Source: Spirosomataceae bacterium
Lineage (GTDB): Bacteria; Bacteroidota; Bacteroidia; Cytophagales; Spirosomataceae
DNA: 24,000 nucleotides
Reading direction: 5' to 3'
Assembly (NCBI GenBank): GCA_965249815.1
Contig: CBDFMV010000003.1
Location: 2,574,218-2,598,217, forward strand
Every line of letters starts with the position of its first letter. Position 1 is the first letter of the stretch. Made by a program: the position numbers and the translations under genes. A model generated the notes under the pieces. That model made no database searches, was not told the DNA's origin, and saw nothing but the letters and a program-made list of their open reading frames with translations. Below, piece after piece: positions 9,185-17,300 of this stretch.

Positions 9185-9214
9185 AACGTTTAAGGGTTGA
9201 CGTTTAACGTTGAA
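9185..9214 (+). promoter_or_regulatory. Candidate LytTR-regulator operator: two 9-bp direct repeats with a 12-bp spacer
   Basis: AACGTTTAA (9185-9193) and AACGTTGAA (9206-9214) are separated by exactly 12 nt. Each matches 8 of 9 positions of the published LytTR consensus [TA][AC][CA]GTTN[AG][TG]. Related copies lie at 9199-9207 (GACGTTTAA) and 9264-9272 (AACGTTAAA). All sit in the 109-nt gap before the LytTR regulator gene. Confidence 0.35.
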
Positions 9215-9280
9215 AGTGCCGAATCCAAACCAGACGTCAAAATACCTTAAACCTTGATCCTCTAACGTTAAACGAAAAAA

Positions 9281-10018
9281 ATGAAAGCCCTCATCGTAGA
9301 CGACGAGCGCCTGGCCCGCAACGAACTGCGGCGGCTGCTCGACAATTTTCCGAAAATCAACATCGTCGGCGAAGCCGCCAACGCCGAAGAAGCCACCGCG
9401 CTCATCGACGAACTGCAACCCGATTTGCTATTTCTTGACATTCAGATGCCCGGCAAAAACGGCTTCGAATTGCTCCAGAGCCTCGAAGGCCACGTGCCCG
9501 AGGTGATTTTCACCACTGCCTACGACGAGTACGCCATCAAGGCGTTTGAGTTTAACGCGCTGGATTATCTACTCAAACCCGTGGAACTCCACCGGCTCAC
9601 CGAGGCCGTGCAGCGGGTGGAAGAAGAACTCCACCACCACGAACAGGAGAAGCGCGGCAAGGAAGAAGGTCACACCAAACTGCTGACTGAGGCCGACCAG
9701 GTGTTCGTGAAAGACGGCGAGAAGTGCTGGTTCGTGAAACTGGGCAAGGTGCGGCTGTTCGAGAGCATGGGCAACTACGTGCGTCTGCATTTCGACGACC
9801 AGAAACCGCTGGTGCTCAAATCGTTGAACGCGCTTGAAGACCGTCTCGACCCGAAAACGTACTTCCGCGCCAACCGCAAGCACATCATCAACCTGAGCTG
9901 GATCGACAAAATCGAACCGTGGTTTTCGGGTGGCCTGCTCGTCACCCTCCGTGGCGGCGACCGCATCGAAATCTCCCGGCGGCAGGCGATTCGGTTTAAG
10001 GAATTGCTGAGTCTTTGA
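9281..10018 (+). CDS. LytR/AlgR-family response regulator (REC plus LytTR DNA-binding domain)
   Basis: 245 aa. The receiver contains 'MKALIVDDE' and 'DLLFLDIQMPGKNGFELL'. The C-terminal LytTR domain contains 'YVRLHF...FRANRKHIINLSWI...L..G..I.ISRR'. Confidence 0.92.
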   Translation: MKALIVDDERLARNELRRLLDNFPKINIVGEAANAEEATALIDELQPDLLFLDIQMPGKNGFELLQSLEGHVPEVIFTTAYDEYAIKAFEFNALDYLLKPVELHRLTEAVQRVEEELHHHEQEKRGKEEGHTKLLTEADQVFVKDGEKCWFVKLGKVRLFESMGNYVRLHFDDQKPLVLKSLNALEDRLDPKTYFRANRKHIINLSWIDKIEPWFSGGLLVTLRGGDRIEISRRQAIRFKELLSL

Positions 10019-10028
10019 GGTTCTTCTT

Positions 10029-11582
10029 TCAATACCCCAGCTCATTCAGCGCCGCTTTCGCCTTGTTGTCCACCGAAGCCTTGTACTCGTGCTTCCGGAA
10101 GGCGAGGGCTTTTTCAAAAAAGGCCCTCGCCTTTTGCTTCTCACCTTTTGCCTGGGCCAGATACCCCAGTTGCAACGCCGACATCGCCCCGAAATACCAC
10201 GGTTGCCCTTCGCTGAGGCTGAGCGCCCGCTCGTAAAACGCCGTGGCCCGGCTGCTGTCGGCGCTGCGGTGAAAAATGCGCGCGCGGCGGTAGGCCAGTT
10301 CGGCGCGGTCGCGGGGCTGGGGCACGGCGCTTTCCGAAAACGGCTTCAATTCATCGAGAGCCGGAGCGTAGTAACCGCCGTCGAAGGCCAGCCGGGCGCG
10401 CATCAGCGCCTTTTGCACCGCCTCGCGGTTGGGCGTGATTTCCCCGAACTGCTCGGCGAAGCGCTGGGCAACTTTGTCGGGTTCGACGGTGGTTTCTCCT
10501 ACGTTGCGCACCTGCGCCAGCAGCGCACGGGCGCGGGCGTCGTCGTTTTGGAGCCAGTAGCAAAGCGCCTGCTTGTAGGTGGCGTCCTTCACGAAATTCC
10601 GGCCCCGGTGGGTTTTCAGAAACGTTTGGTACGCCGTTAGCGCGGGGCCGTACTCCTTTTTTTGCAACAAAATTTCCCCCCGGTCGTACTCGAGAAAGGG
10701 CACCGGCAGGTACTCCGGCCCCGTTGGCCGGGTGTTGAGCAGGGCCTGCGCCGCCTCGCTGCGGCCTTCTTTGAGGAGCGCCGAAACGCCGAAAAACCGC
10801 AGCAGCAGGTTGTCGGGCCGTTGCTGAACGAACTGCTGAAACGCGGTCAACTGCCGGGCATCGGTTTTGGTGATGTACACATGAATCAGCGACGTCATCA
10901 GCCGGGCTTCGTCGGCAAAAATCGGGTCACGCTGGGCCACGGCCTCGATTTCGCGCAGGCCGCCGGTCACGTCGCCGCGCAGGCCGAGCAGGTGGGTGAC
11001 CCAGCGGTATTGGTCGGGCGTCGAGCCAATCAGCACGTGTAGCAGACCCAGGATTTTCTGGTTGGGCAGAAAATCGGGGAAGCGTTTCGCGTTTTCGCTG
11101 GCCAGCCGGTACGCCTGGATCACGCCGTAAGCCCCGCTTGTTTCGTGCCCGAATTTGATTTTTACAAAGGCCCAGTGCAGCTTGATCTCGGCCTGAATAA
11201 ACCGGCTCCAGGGCGAGTTGGCGTCCAGGCGGCGTACCTGCCGCAGGCGTTCGTCTTCCGCGTCTTCGAGCTGGTCATAGGCAGCGCGGTCTTCGGCCAC
11301 GAGCAGGTAGAGCAGGTCGGCGTAGTCGGTCAGGTACAGGCCGATGCCGTTGCGCGGCTCGCGGGCCAGTTGGGCGCGGCCCGCCTGCAATTTCAGCTTG
11401 TTGATGTCGGCGTAGGCCTGGCGGAGGCCGGGTGTCCAGTCGAAGTCGTCGGAAAGCGGAGCCGCTTGCTTTCCCTCGCTATGGATGGGACGCAGAACGA
11501 CCAGCCACAAAAAAACAACCCACGAGAAAACTCGCGGGCTGTTCGGTTTTAAAAACATTGGTGTTGCTGAAAAAACGCTCAC
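10029..11582 (-). CDS. Tetratricopeptide-repeat (TPR)-like protein, probably exported
   Basis: 517-aa ORF with a GTG start at 11582 that overlaps the upstream stop by 4 nt. An alternative ATG at 11558 gives 'MFLKPNSPRVFSWVVFLWLVVL'. The body is helical-repeat rich, and the C-terminus 'LQLGYLAQAKGEKQKARAFFEKALAF' is TPR-like. No catalytic motif recognised. Confidence 0.65.
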   Translation of the reverse strand: MSVFSATPMFLKPNSPRVFSWVVFLWLVVLRPIHSEGKQAAPLSDDFDWTPGLRQAYADINKLKLQAGRAQLAREPRNGIGLYLTDYADLLYLLVAEDRAAYDQLEDAEDERLRQVRRLDANSPWSRFIQAEIKLHWAFVKIKFGHETSGAYGVIQAYRLASENAKRFPDFLPNQKILGLLHVLIGSTPDQYRWVTHLLGLRGDVTGGLREIEAVAQRDPIFADEARLMTSLIHVYITKTDARQLTAFQQFVQQRPDNLLLRFFGVSALLKEGRSEAAQALLNTRPTGPEYLPVPFLEYDRGEILLQKKEYGPALTAYQTFLKTHRGRNFVKDATYKQALCYWLQNDDARARALLAQVRNVGETTVEPDKVAQRFAEQFGEITPNREAVQKALMRARLAFDGGYYAPALDELKPFSESAVPQPRDRAELAYRRARIFHRSADSSRATAFYERALSLSEGQPWYFGAMSALQLGYLAQAKGEKQKARAFFEKALAFRKHEYKASVDNKAKAALNELGY

Positions 11583-12331
11583 CGGCCGCGCCCGGTGGGG
11601 GCGAAGGCGGCTTCCTCGACGTCGGCGAAAATGCGGCCGCAGTGTTCGCAGACGATGATTTTCTTTTTGTCCTTGATGTCGGCCTGGCGCTGGGGCGGCA
11701 CCACGTTGAAGCAGCCGCCGCAGGCACCGCGCCGCACCGTCACCACGGCCAGGCCGTTGACGGCGTTGTTGCGGATTTTTTCGTACGAGCGGAACAGGCG
11801 GTCTTCGATTTTAATGGCCTGGGCGTCGCGCTCTTTCACGTAGCCTTTTTCCTCCTCCTCGCTTTCGCCGATGATCGTGTCGAGTTCGGCGCGCTTGCTC
11901 TGGAGGTCCTTGCGGCGCTCGTCGAGGGTGGCCTGAGTCAGGCGGACGTCGTCTTGTTTGGTGGAAATCTTGAAATTAGCCTCGTTGATGCGCTTGTCGG
12001 AAAGCTCCATTTCGAGTTGCTGGAGTTCGATTTCCTTCGAGATGGCGTCGTATTCGCGGTTGTTGCGCACGTTCATCTGCTGATCCTTGTACTTGGTGAT
12101 CAGCTTTTCGGAGTCTTTCTTGGCGGCTTTGTGCTTGCCGATTTCGTCTTCGAGCGCGTCGATGTCGCGCTGGTATTTGCCGATGCGCGTTTCGTAGCCG
12201 ATGATTTCGTCCTCCAAATCGCGGACTTCTTCGGGCAAATCCCCGCGTACTTTCTTGATTTCGTCGAGTTTGGAGTCAATGAGCTGAAGTTTCAGCAGGG
12301 CGTCGAGCTTTTGGGCGATTGTGGTTTCCAT
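11579..12331 (-). CDS. COG1579 / DUF164 zinc-ribbon coiled-coil protein
   Basis: 250 aa. A long coiled-coil region begins 'KLDALLKLQLIDSKLDEI...'. It is followed by a C4 zinc ribbon 'CGGCFNVVPPQ...VCEHCGRI'. The gene sits downstream of a Nif3 gene, a conserved pairing in bacteria. Confidence 0.85.
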   Translation of the reverse strand: METTIAQKLDALLKLQLIDSKLDEIKKVRGDLPEEVRDLEDEIIGYETRIGKYQRDIDALEDEIGKHKAAKKDSEKLITKYKDQQMNVRNNREYDAISKEIELQQLEMELSDKRINEANFKISTKQDDVRLTQATLDERRKDLQSKRAELDTIIGESEEEEKGYVKERDAQAIKIEDRLFRSYEKIRNNAVNGLAVVTVRRGACGGCFNVVPPQRQADIKDKKKIIVCEHCGRIFADVEEAAFAPTGRGR

Positions 12332-12338
12332 GAAGACA

Positions 12339-12424
12339 AGTCGTAAGTCGCAGAAGTCGTGAGTCGTAGAAGTCGTCTCAGTCGAATGAGCCTGTCGACT
12401 GGTAACGGTTGACTACCGACTTCC
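12339..12424. repeat. Intergenic array of six AGTCG pentamers (7/9-nt alternating spacing, about 16-nt period) plus an inverted partner segment
   Basis: AGTCG occurs at 12339, 12346, 12355, 12362, 12371 and 12380. Units read AAGTCGTAAGTCGCAG / AAGTCGTGAGTCGTAG / AAGTCGTCTCAGTCG. GAAGTCGTGAGTC (12354-12366) is an imperfect inverted match to GACTACCGACTTC (12411-12423). A GTCGAC palindrome lies at 12394-12399. Confidence 0.8.
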
Positions 12425-12427
12425 ACC

Positions 12428-13528
12428 CTACACGAAGTAGTGAACCGGATTGGTAGGGGTTTCCGACATTTTGACCGCAAAAGTAGTGAATTTTCTGGCC
12501 AATTCGTCACGAAGAAGTTCCTTCGTAAACACTTCGCTTTCGTAATGCCCCACGTCGCAGACGACAAGGTGGTTTTCGGCGTCAAAAAATTCGTGGTACT
12601 TAAAATCGGCGGTTACGAAGGCGTCGGCCTCCTGCCGGAGGGCGTCGCCGAGCAGGAAACTTCCTGCCCCACCACACACGGCCACCCGCTGAACGGGTTT
12701 GCCCCGCAACGACGTATGGCGGATGACGTTCAGGTTCAGCCGGTCTTTCAAAAACCGCAGAAACGCCGTTTCGGGTAGTGGCTCTGGCAACGTACCGATG
12801 GCTCCGGCACCCACGTCCTGGGTTTCGTTTTCGAGTTTTTGGAGGTAAAACGCCACCGTTTCGTACGAACGCGCGGCGTTCAGTGCCGCCACTACCTCCC
12901 GCTCGCACACGGCGGGCAGCAGCACTTCGATGCGGTGTTCGGCCTCTTCGTGGTACTCGCCGATTTCCCCGATAGTCGGGTTCGCGCCTGGTTTGGCTTC
13001 AAACGTTCCCGTGCCTTCCACCCGGAACGAGCAGTTTTTGTACGGACCGATTTCCCCAGCCCCCGCAGCGTAAAGCGCCTCCAGAATCCGGGGTGTTTCG
13101 GCAACGGGCGCAAACGTGACCAGTTTGAGCAGCGTTTCACGCTTCGGAGCCAGGACACGGACGTTTTCCAACCCCAGCTTTTCGGCGATTTTCCAGTTGA
13201 CGCCGCCGCGCACATGATCAAGGTTGGTGTGGCTGGCGTAAATCGCCACGTCGTGTTTGATGGCCCGGATGACGGTCCGCTCCACGTAGTTCTTGCCGTT
13301 CAGCTTTTTCAGGCCCCGGAACACAATCGGGTGATGGGCCACGACGAGGTTGCAACCCTGCGCCACGGCCTCATTGACCACCGCTTCGGTGCAATCGAGC
13401 GTAGTCAGCACGCCGGTCACCTCCGCCTGCGGGTCGCCGACGAGCAGCCCGGCGTTGTCGTACGATTCCTGGTAGGCGAGGGGGGCGAGGGTTTCGAGAA
13501 ACTGGGCTACCTGGCGAATCGTCGTCAT
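12428..13528 (-). CDS. Nif3-like dinuclear metal centre protein (GTP cyclohydrolase 1 type 2 / YbgI homologue)
   Basis: Start taken at ATG 13528 (MTTIRQVAQFLETLAPLAYQESYDNAGLLVGD...), giving 366 aa. 'VVAHHPIVFRGLKKL', 'IYASHTNLD' and 'RVAVCGGAGSFLL' are typical Nif3 motifs. The ATG overlaps the DinB stop as ATGA. The longer track ORF (to 13876) is an Arg/Pro-rich out-of-context extension. Confidence 0.9.
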   Translation of the reverse strand: MTTIRQVAQFLETLAPLAYQESYDNAGLLVGDPQAEVTGVLTTLDCTEAVVNEAVAQGCNLVVAHHPIVFRGLKKLNGKNYVERTVIRAIKHDVAIYASHTNLDHVRGGVNWKIAEKLGLENVRVLAPKRETLLKLVTFAPVAETPRILEALYAAGAGEIGPYKNCSFRVEGTGTFEAKPGANPTIGEIGEYHEEAEHRIEVLLPAVCEREVVAALNAARSYETVAFYLQKLENETQDVGAGAIGTLPEPLPETAFLRFLKDRLNLNVIRHTSLRGKPVQRVAVCGGAGSFLLGDALRQEADAFVTADFKYHEFFDAENHLVVCDVGHYESEVFTKELLRDELARKFTTFAVKMSETPTNPVHYFV

Positions 13529-14049
13529 GCGGGAAGGCCGTAGCGTTCGTGGAGGATGTTGAGGTGGTGCCGTTCGTGCCCGGCGATGAGCCAGGCCAGC
13601 ACCCGCACGCCGATGGGCGACCCGTTGGCCGTGCCGCGCCGCTCCCAGGCGGCTTCGTCGAAACTCGCCACGAGCGCCAGCGTACCGAGGCGGGTCAGTT
13701 CGTACTGACGCAACAAACCGGCGAGCGGCTGGCGGTCGAATTGCGCCGTTTCGGCGTAGGTGTTTTCGTCGAACCCCGGCAGCGATTGCTGCTCGCCCCG
13801 GGCGATGGCCAGCATCCGGTAAGCGAAAATCCGTTCCGTGTCGGTCAGGTGGCCGAGCATTTCTTTCGGCGACCACTTGCCGGGGGCGTAGCAGGTTGTT
13901 TGTTGTTCGTCGGTGAGGTTTCCGAATAGCCCCAGCACCGTCTGCAACTGGTCGGTGAGCAGGTCAGCAACGTTCTGACCGTCAACCGTTTCGAGGTAAC
14001 GGCTAAAAGCAGCGCTCGGCGGGTAGTCGGATGGTGGGGGTTTGTGCAT
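13525..14049 (-). CDS. DinB-family (DinB_2) metal-dependent four-helix-bundle protein
   Basis: 174 aa. 'WSPKEMLGHLTDTERIFAYRM' and 'LIAGHERHHLNIL' supply the conserved His triad pattern of DinB/YfiT-like proteins. Confidence 0.85.
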   Translation of the reverse strand: MHKPPPSDYPPSAAFSRYLETVDGQNVADLLTDQLQTVLGLFGNLTDEQQTTCYAPGKWSPKEMLGHLTDTERIFAYRMLAIARGEQQSLPGFDENTYAETAQFDRQPLAGLLRQYELTRLGTLALVASFDEAAWERRGTANGSPIGVRVLAWLIAGHERHHLNILHERYGLPA

Positions 14050-14081
14050 GAAACTTTTTGAGAAAATTTTCAGACGAAGGT

Positions 14082-14112
14082 ATTGTCCCCGCCCGAAAAG
14101 CGCCTACTTTTG
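14082..14112 (+). promoter_or_regulatory. Candidate Bacteroidetes-type sigma-A promoter for tRNA-Asp
   Basis: ATTG (14082-14085), a 19-nt spacer, then TACTTTTG (14105-14112). The second element matches the Bacteroidetes -7 consensus TAnnTTTG, with a -33-like TTG. It lies 33 nt upstream of the mature tRNA 5' end. Confidence 0.35.
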
Positions 14113-14144
14113 CACCACGTTTTTCGGAAACGAAGGGCGAAAAC

Positions 14145-14218
14145 GGTCCGGTAGTTCAGTTGGTTAGAATACCTGCCTGTCACGCAGGGGGTCGCGGGTT
14201 CGAGTCCCGTCCGGACCG
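14145..14218 (+). tRNA. tRNA-Asp (anticodon GTC)
   Basis: Cloverleaf folded by hand. The acceptor stem is GGTCCGG/CCGGACC. The D-arm is GTTC-AGTTGGTTA-GAAT. The anticodon stem CCTGC/GCAGG carries the loop CT-GTC-AC. The T-arm is GCGGG-TTCGAGT-CCCGT, the discriminator is G, and no CCA is encoded. Confidence 0.93.
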
Positions 14219-14227
14219 CTGATAACA

Positions 14228-14272
14228 AAAGTAAGCCCTTGACTTTCAGCGAGTTAAGGGCTTACTTTTTTA
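14228..14272. terminator. Bidirectional rho-independent terminator between tRNA-Asp and the convergent 1259-aa gene
   Basis: The stem pairs AAAGTAAGCCCTT (14228-14240) with AAGGGCTTACTTT (14256-14268), leaving a 15-nt loop. It is followed by a TTTTT run on the plus strand and by TTGTTAT on the minus strand. Confidence 0.7.
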
Positions 14273-14336
14273 TTTGGTACAACATAGGTACAACAACCTT
14301 AAGATGTCATCTATTACCTTTATGTTGTTACCGTAT

Positions 14337-17300
14337 TCAATCATCTTGTGCGAATTGCCGCCGCCGTTCAGCGTCAGCATACTTTTCATAGCGCCCGATA
14401 ATCTGTTCCAGGTGTTGAATGTGCCCCAGGTAAGGTAAATGCGTTGGCATTCGCCGGACTTGTGCCACCACCTGTTTTAACTGGTCAGCCCTCATTTGGT
14501 CGAAGTTGAAATCCGCTCCACCCCCTCCCCCGTGAGGTGCCCAGTCAATCATTTTAAACTCGCTCAACGAACGGTTGATAGATAGGAACTCTCGAATGCA
14601 GAAGGACCATTCTTTCTCTAAACCAACCTCTAAAAGGGCTTGGGTCAAACTTTCGATTTCTTTGGGTTCCCTGTGATACTCCTGTACAAAGGCTCGCAGA
14701 AAAGCGATTACCGTTTCTTTCGAGTTTGGTAGCACCTGCTGAAAAAATGATTTGTATCTTCCATGAAGAAAATCATAGCGAGATTTGCTTTTCATCAGCT
14801 TAATAACCTTCATCGCCCAGCCAATAGAATCTTCTAATTGCCAAATAAAACCCAAGTTGTCGATTTCCGGATGGCTAATGTGGTCAGACTGGCGCTCGTA
14901 GTGTGCTTCCACGAATTCAAGTAGGAATCCTGGGTCTAACGTTAACAAAGCCTGTAGATTTCGTCGGTCGAAGTCGTAATGTCCGGTACGAGTGTGTCCA
15001 AACTGGAGAATATATGCCTTTTTTAGCAAAGGCAAATCCGCGATGGGGTCAAAGCGACTGATGCTTTCGCTAAAAAAATCGTATTCCAGATTGTACCAGA
15101 TTCCCTTTGTCTCGTATCGCTTAGTCAAAGCAGTTAAAACGTCGCGGTATAACGTAGGACGGTGAGGAAGGTACTTGTTCCAAATTTGGTCCCTAAAGTA
15201 CAATCCTTGCAGGGTGGATTGTTCATAAAACAGTATCAGTTGCTCCGCATAAAACGGTGTGATTACTTCAGGAGCGAGCAGGCCCCAAAAAGCCAGTTTC
15301 CATTCTTCCCTGTGGAAAGCAGCACCGGAGAATATTTGGTGCCACCGTTCAACTTTGCAGTCTATCTGTCCGAATATTTGGTGGATGACGTATGGAATAC
15401 CAAAATGCAGCGGCCAGTCATATTGGGAAAACAGAATTATGGTGCGTTCAAACAAGGTCTTGTCTGGGCCATCCGCTACCCCTCTCAAAATTGCTACAAG
15501 TTGTTTATCGAAGGATTCGCCTTCGCACGCTTTGTAACTGTATAACGCCATCACTGCGTTGAAAAACTCGTCAATGGCACCTTCACTGCTGAGATCAAGG
15601 TTTTCGAGAAGTTCTGATTGCTTTTTCCGCTTGTACTCCTCCTCATTCGTCCAAATTTCGTCACCGGCATTTTGGCCACGGATACGGTTCCATTGCATTA
15701 GGAGATAGAAATCGTATTGCTGATTGTGAAAGTGATTCGTCAGGGCCTCCATCTCATCCGAATATATGCCTTTCCACTCCAATAATCGAACGTACTCATG
15801 GGCAAAGTGGCAATCTTCAAAATCATTAGGAGAGAAGTATTCATAGATTAATGGAATTAGGCGTTCCATGTCAAACTGCCGGTACTCCTTATCTTCTCCC
15901 CGATGGAAGGTTTTCAAATATGCGTAAATCACTTGCCGTAATTCCTGAGGATAAGCGGGAAGTTGCCCGCGCACAAATTGCCAGAGGCTTTCTCGGAACG
16001 ACAGGAAGGGTTCACGATAAGGCAACGGAAGGCGAGTAAAGGTCACTAACCGACCTTTTGATGAATTTGACTCAAACTCAATTCGCAAAAATGAGGGAAC
16101 CAGTGCCACTACCAGCCGCCTCGCTTCGGAGTTGCCTGTAGAAGCCTGGTTAATTAGAAAATCAAAATACGCCGCTTGCCTGAGTTCCGGGTACGGCGTG
16201 TCGTCAGGACGAAACGAGAGGCGGTCATTAACTTTTTTGACAATCTCTTCCGAAGACTTGGGGTTCTGTTTAGCTATTAGCAATAGGAGTTCAAGGGCAG
16301 TTTCAAAATGCTCGTTGACTCCCTCTAAGAAGTGGAATAATAAGGTCAATCTCTTCTCAAGCGCTGTATTGCCGGTTATGCCATGCCAAGGATTCTCTTC
16401 CCAGACGGCCTGTAAATCAGGAAGTAGATAGGCAAACTGATGTAGATAGGCGAGTGTCTCAGTTGGCAAGGCGAAGTAGAAGATTTCAAGAAACGCGAAA
16501 GCCTTCTCATCATCTTCGCGCACCGAGTGGAAGTATTGGTGAGTTACCTCCCGGATATCAGCGATGGTTCGTTGCTGGTCGAGGACGTTCAATACACCGT
16601 AGAATGCGTCGCGGATGCGGTGAGGATATTCTTCAAAAAAGTTCGTTAGGAGCGTTTCTACACTTAAGAACTTTCTTTCGATGAAGGCCAGGAACACCGC
16701 ATAAGTAGCTAAGTTTTGGTCCGATATCTTGAACAAGCTCTGGTCGTTCATGTACACATCCGCCAGCTCATCTTTTTCCAAGGCTGACAGCTCAGCAGCG
16801 AATGTGTCCCGACTCAGGCCAAAAGCCTGACTGAGTTGTTTGCAGAAAGATTCATCGAGAAGGTCAATTTGCCGAAAAACGGCCAGCAGGCCCAATACTT
16901 TCAATCGCGTTGGGTCACTAAGCAAATGGTTATCTTCCGCGTCGGTCAGGTTGTCGTAGTAGGTTACGAACAAATCGGTGGCATCGTTCAGGGCCAAAAT
17001 ATTCTGTTCTTTTTTAGCGAGGCGGGCAGCCATGATAGCCAAGCGCGGATTCCCATTAGCTAAAAACCCAATTCGCTGCTGAAAAAGGGGATTCCGAATT
17101 CCAAAAGGTTCTGCACTGATTAATTGATTAATCTGCTCATCAGTGAACTTCTCCAAGAAATAGGAATCCGATTGATACGTCTTCAAGTGCCTTTGCACCA
17201 CGTTTAACGCGTAATCCCGAACGGTTAGGATGACCTTGAAATGGACATCCCGTTTCGCGTACAGGTATTCCAGCGTCTGAACCAGAATAGGTGTCTGCCG

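Noticed and set aside
5468-12424. The possibility that the 18-bp tandem repeat (5468-5503) or the AGTCG array (12339-12424) is a CRISPR array or mini-array.
   Set aside because: The repeats are far too short (5-18 nt), are contiguous or separated by only 2-4 nt, have no spacer-sized unique segments, and have no cas genes nearby.
523-13543. Many long ORFs antisense to, or frame-shifted within, the annotated genes of the GC-rich half. Examples are 523-1311(-), 2013-2819(-), 3512-4351(-), 4817-5449(-), 7370-7999(-), 8563-9186(-), 11432-12346(+) and 12839-13543(+).
   Set aside because: Their translations are Arg/Gly/Ala/Pro-rich low-complexity sequence with no recognisable motifs. They fully overlap ORFs that carry clear family signatures. 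Such shadow ORFs are expected in GC-rich DNA.
13529-13876. A 116-aa N-terminal extension of the Nif3 ORF, which would make it 482 aa and overlap the DinB gene.
   Set aside because: The extension is Arg/Pro/Ala-rich nonsense read out of frame over the DinB coding region. The canonical Nif3 N-terminus (MTTIRQV...YDNAGLLVGD) begins at ATG 13528, which overlaps the DinB stop as ATGA.
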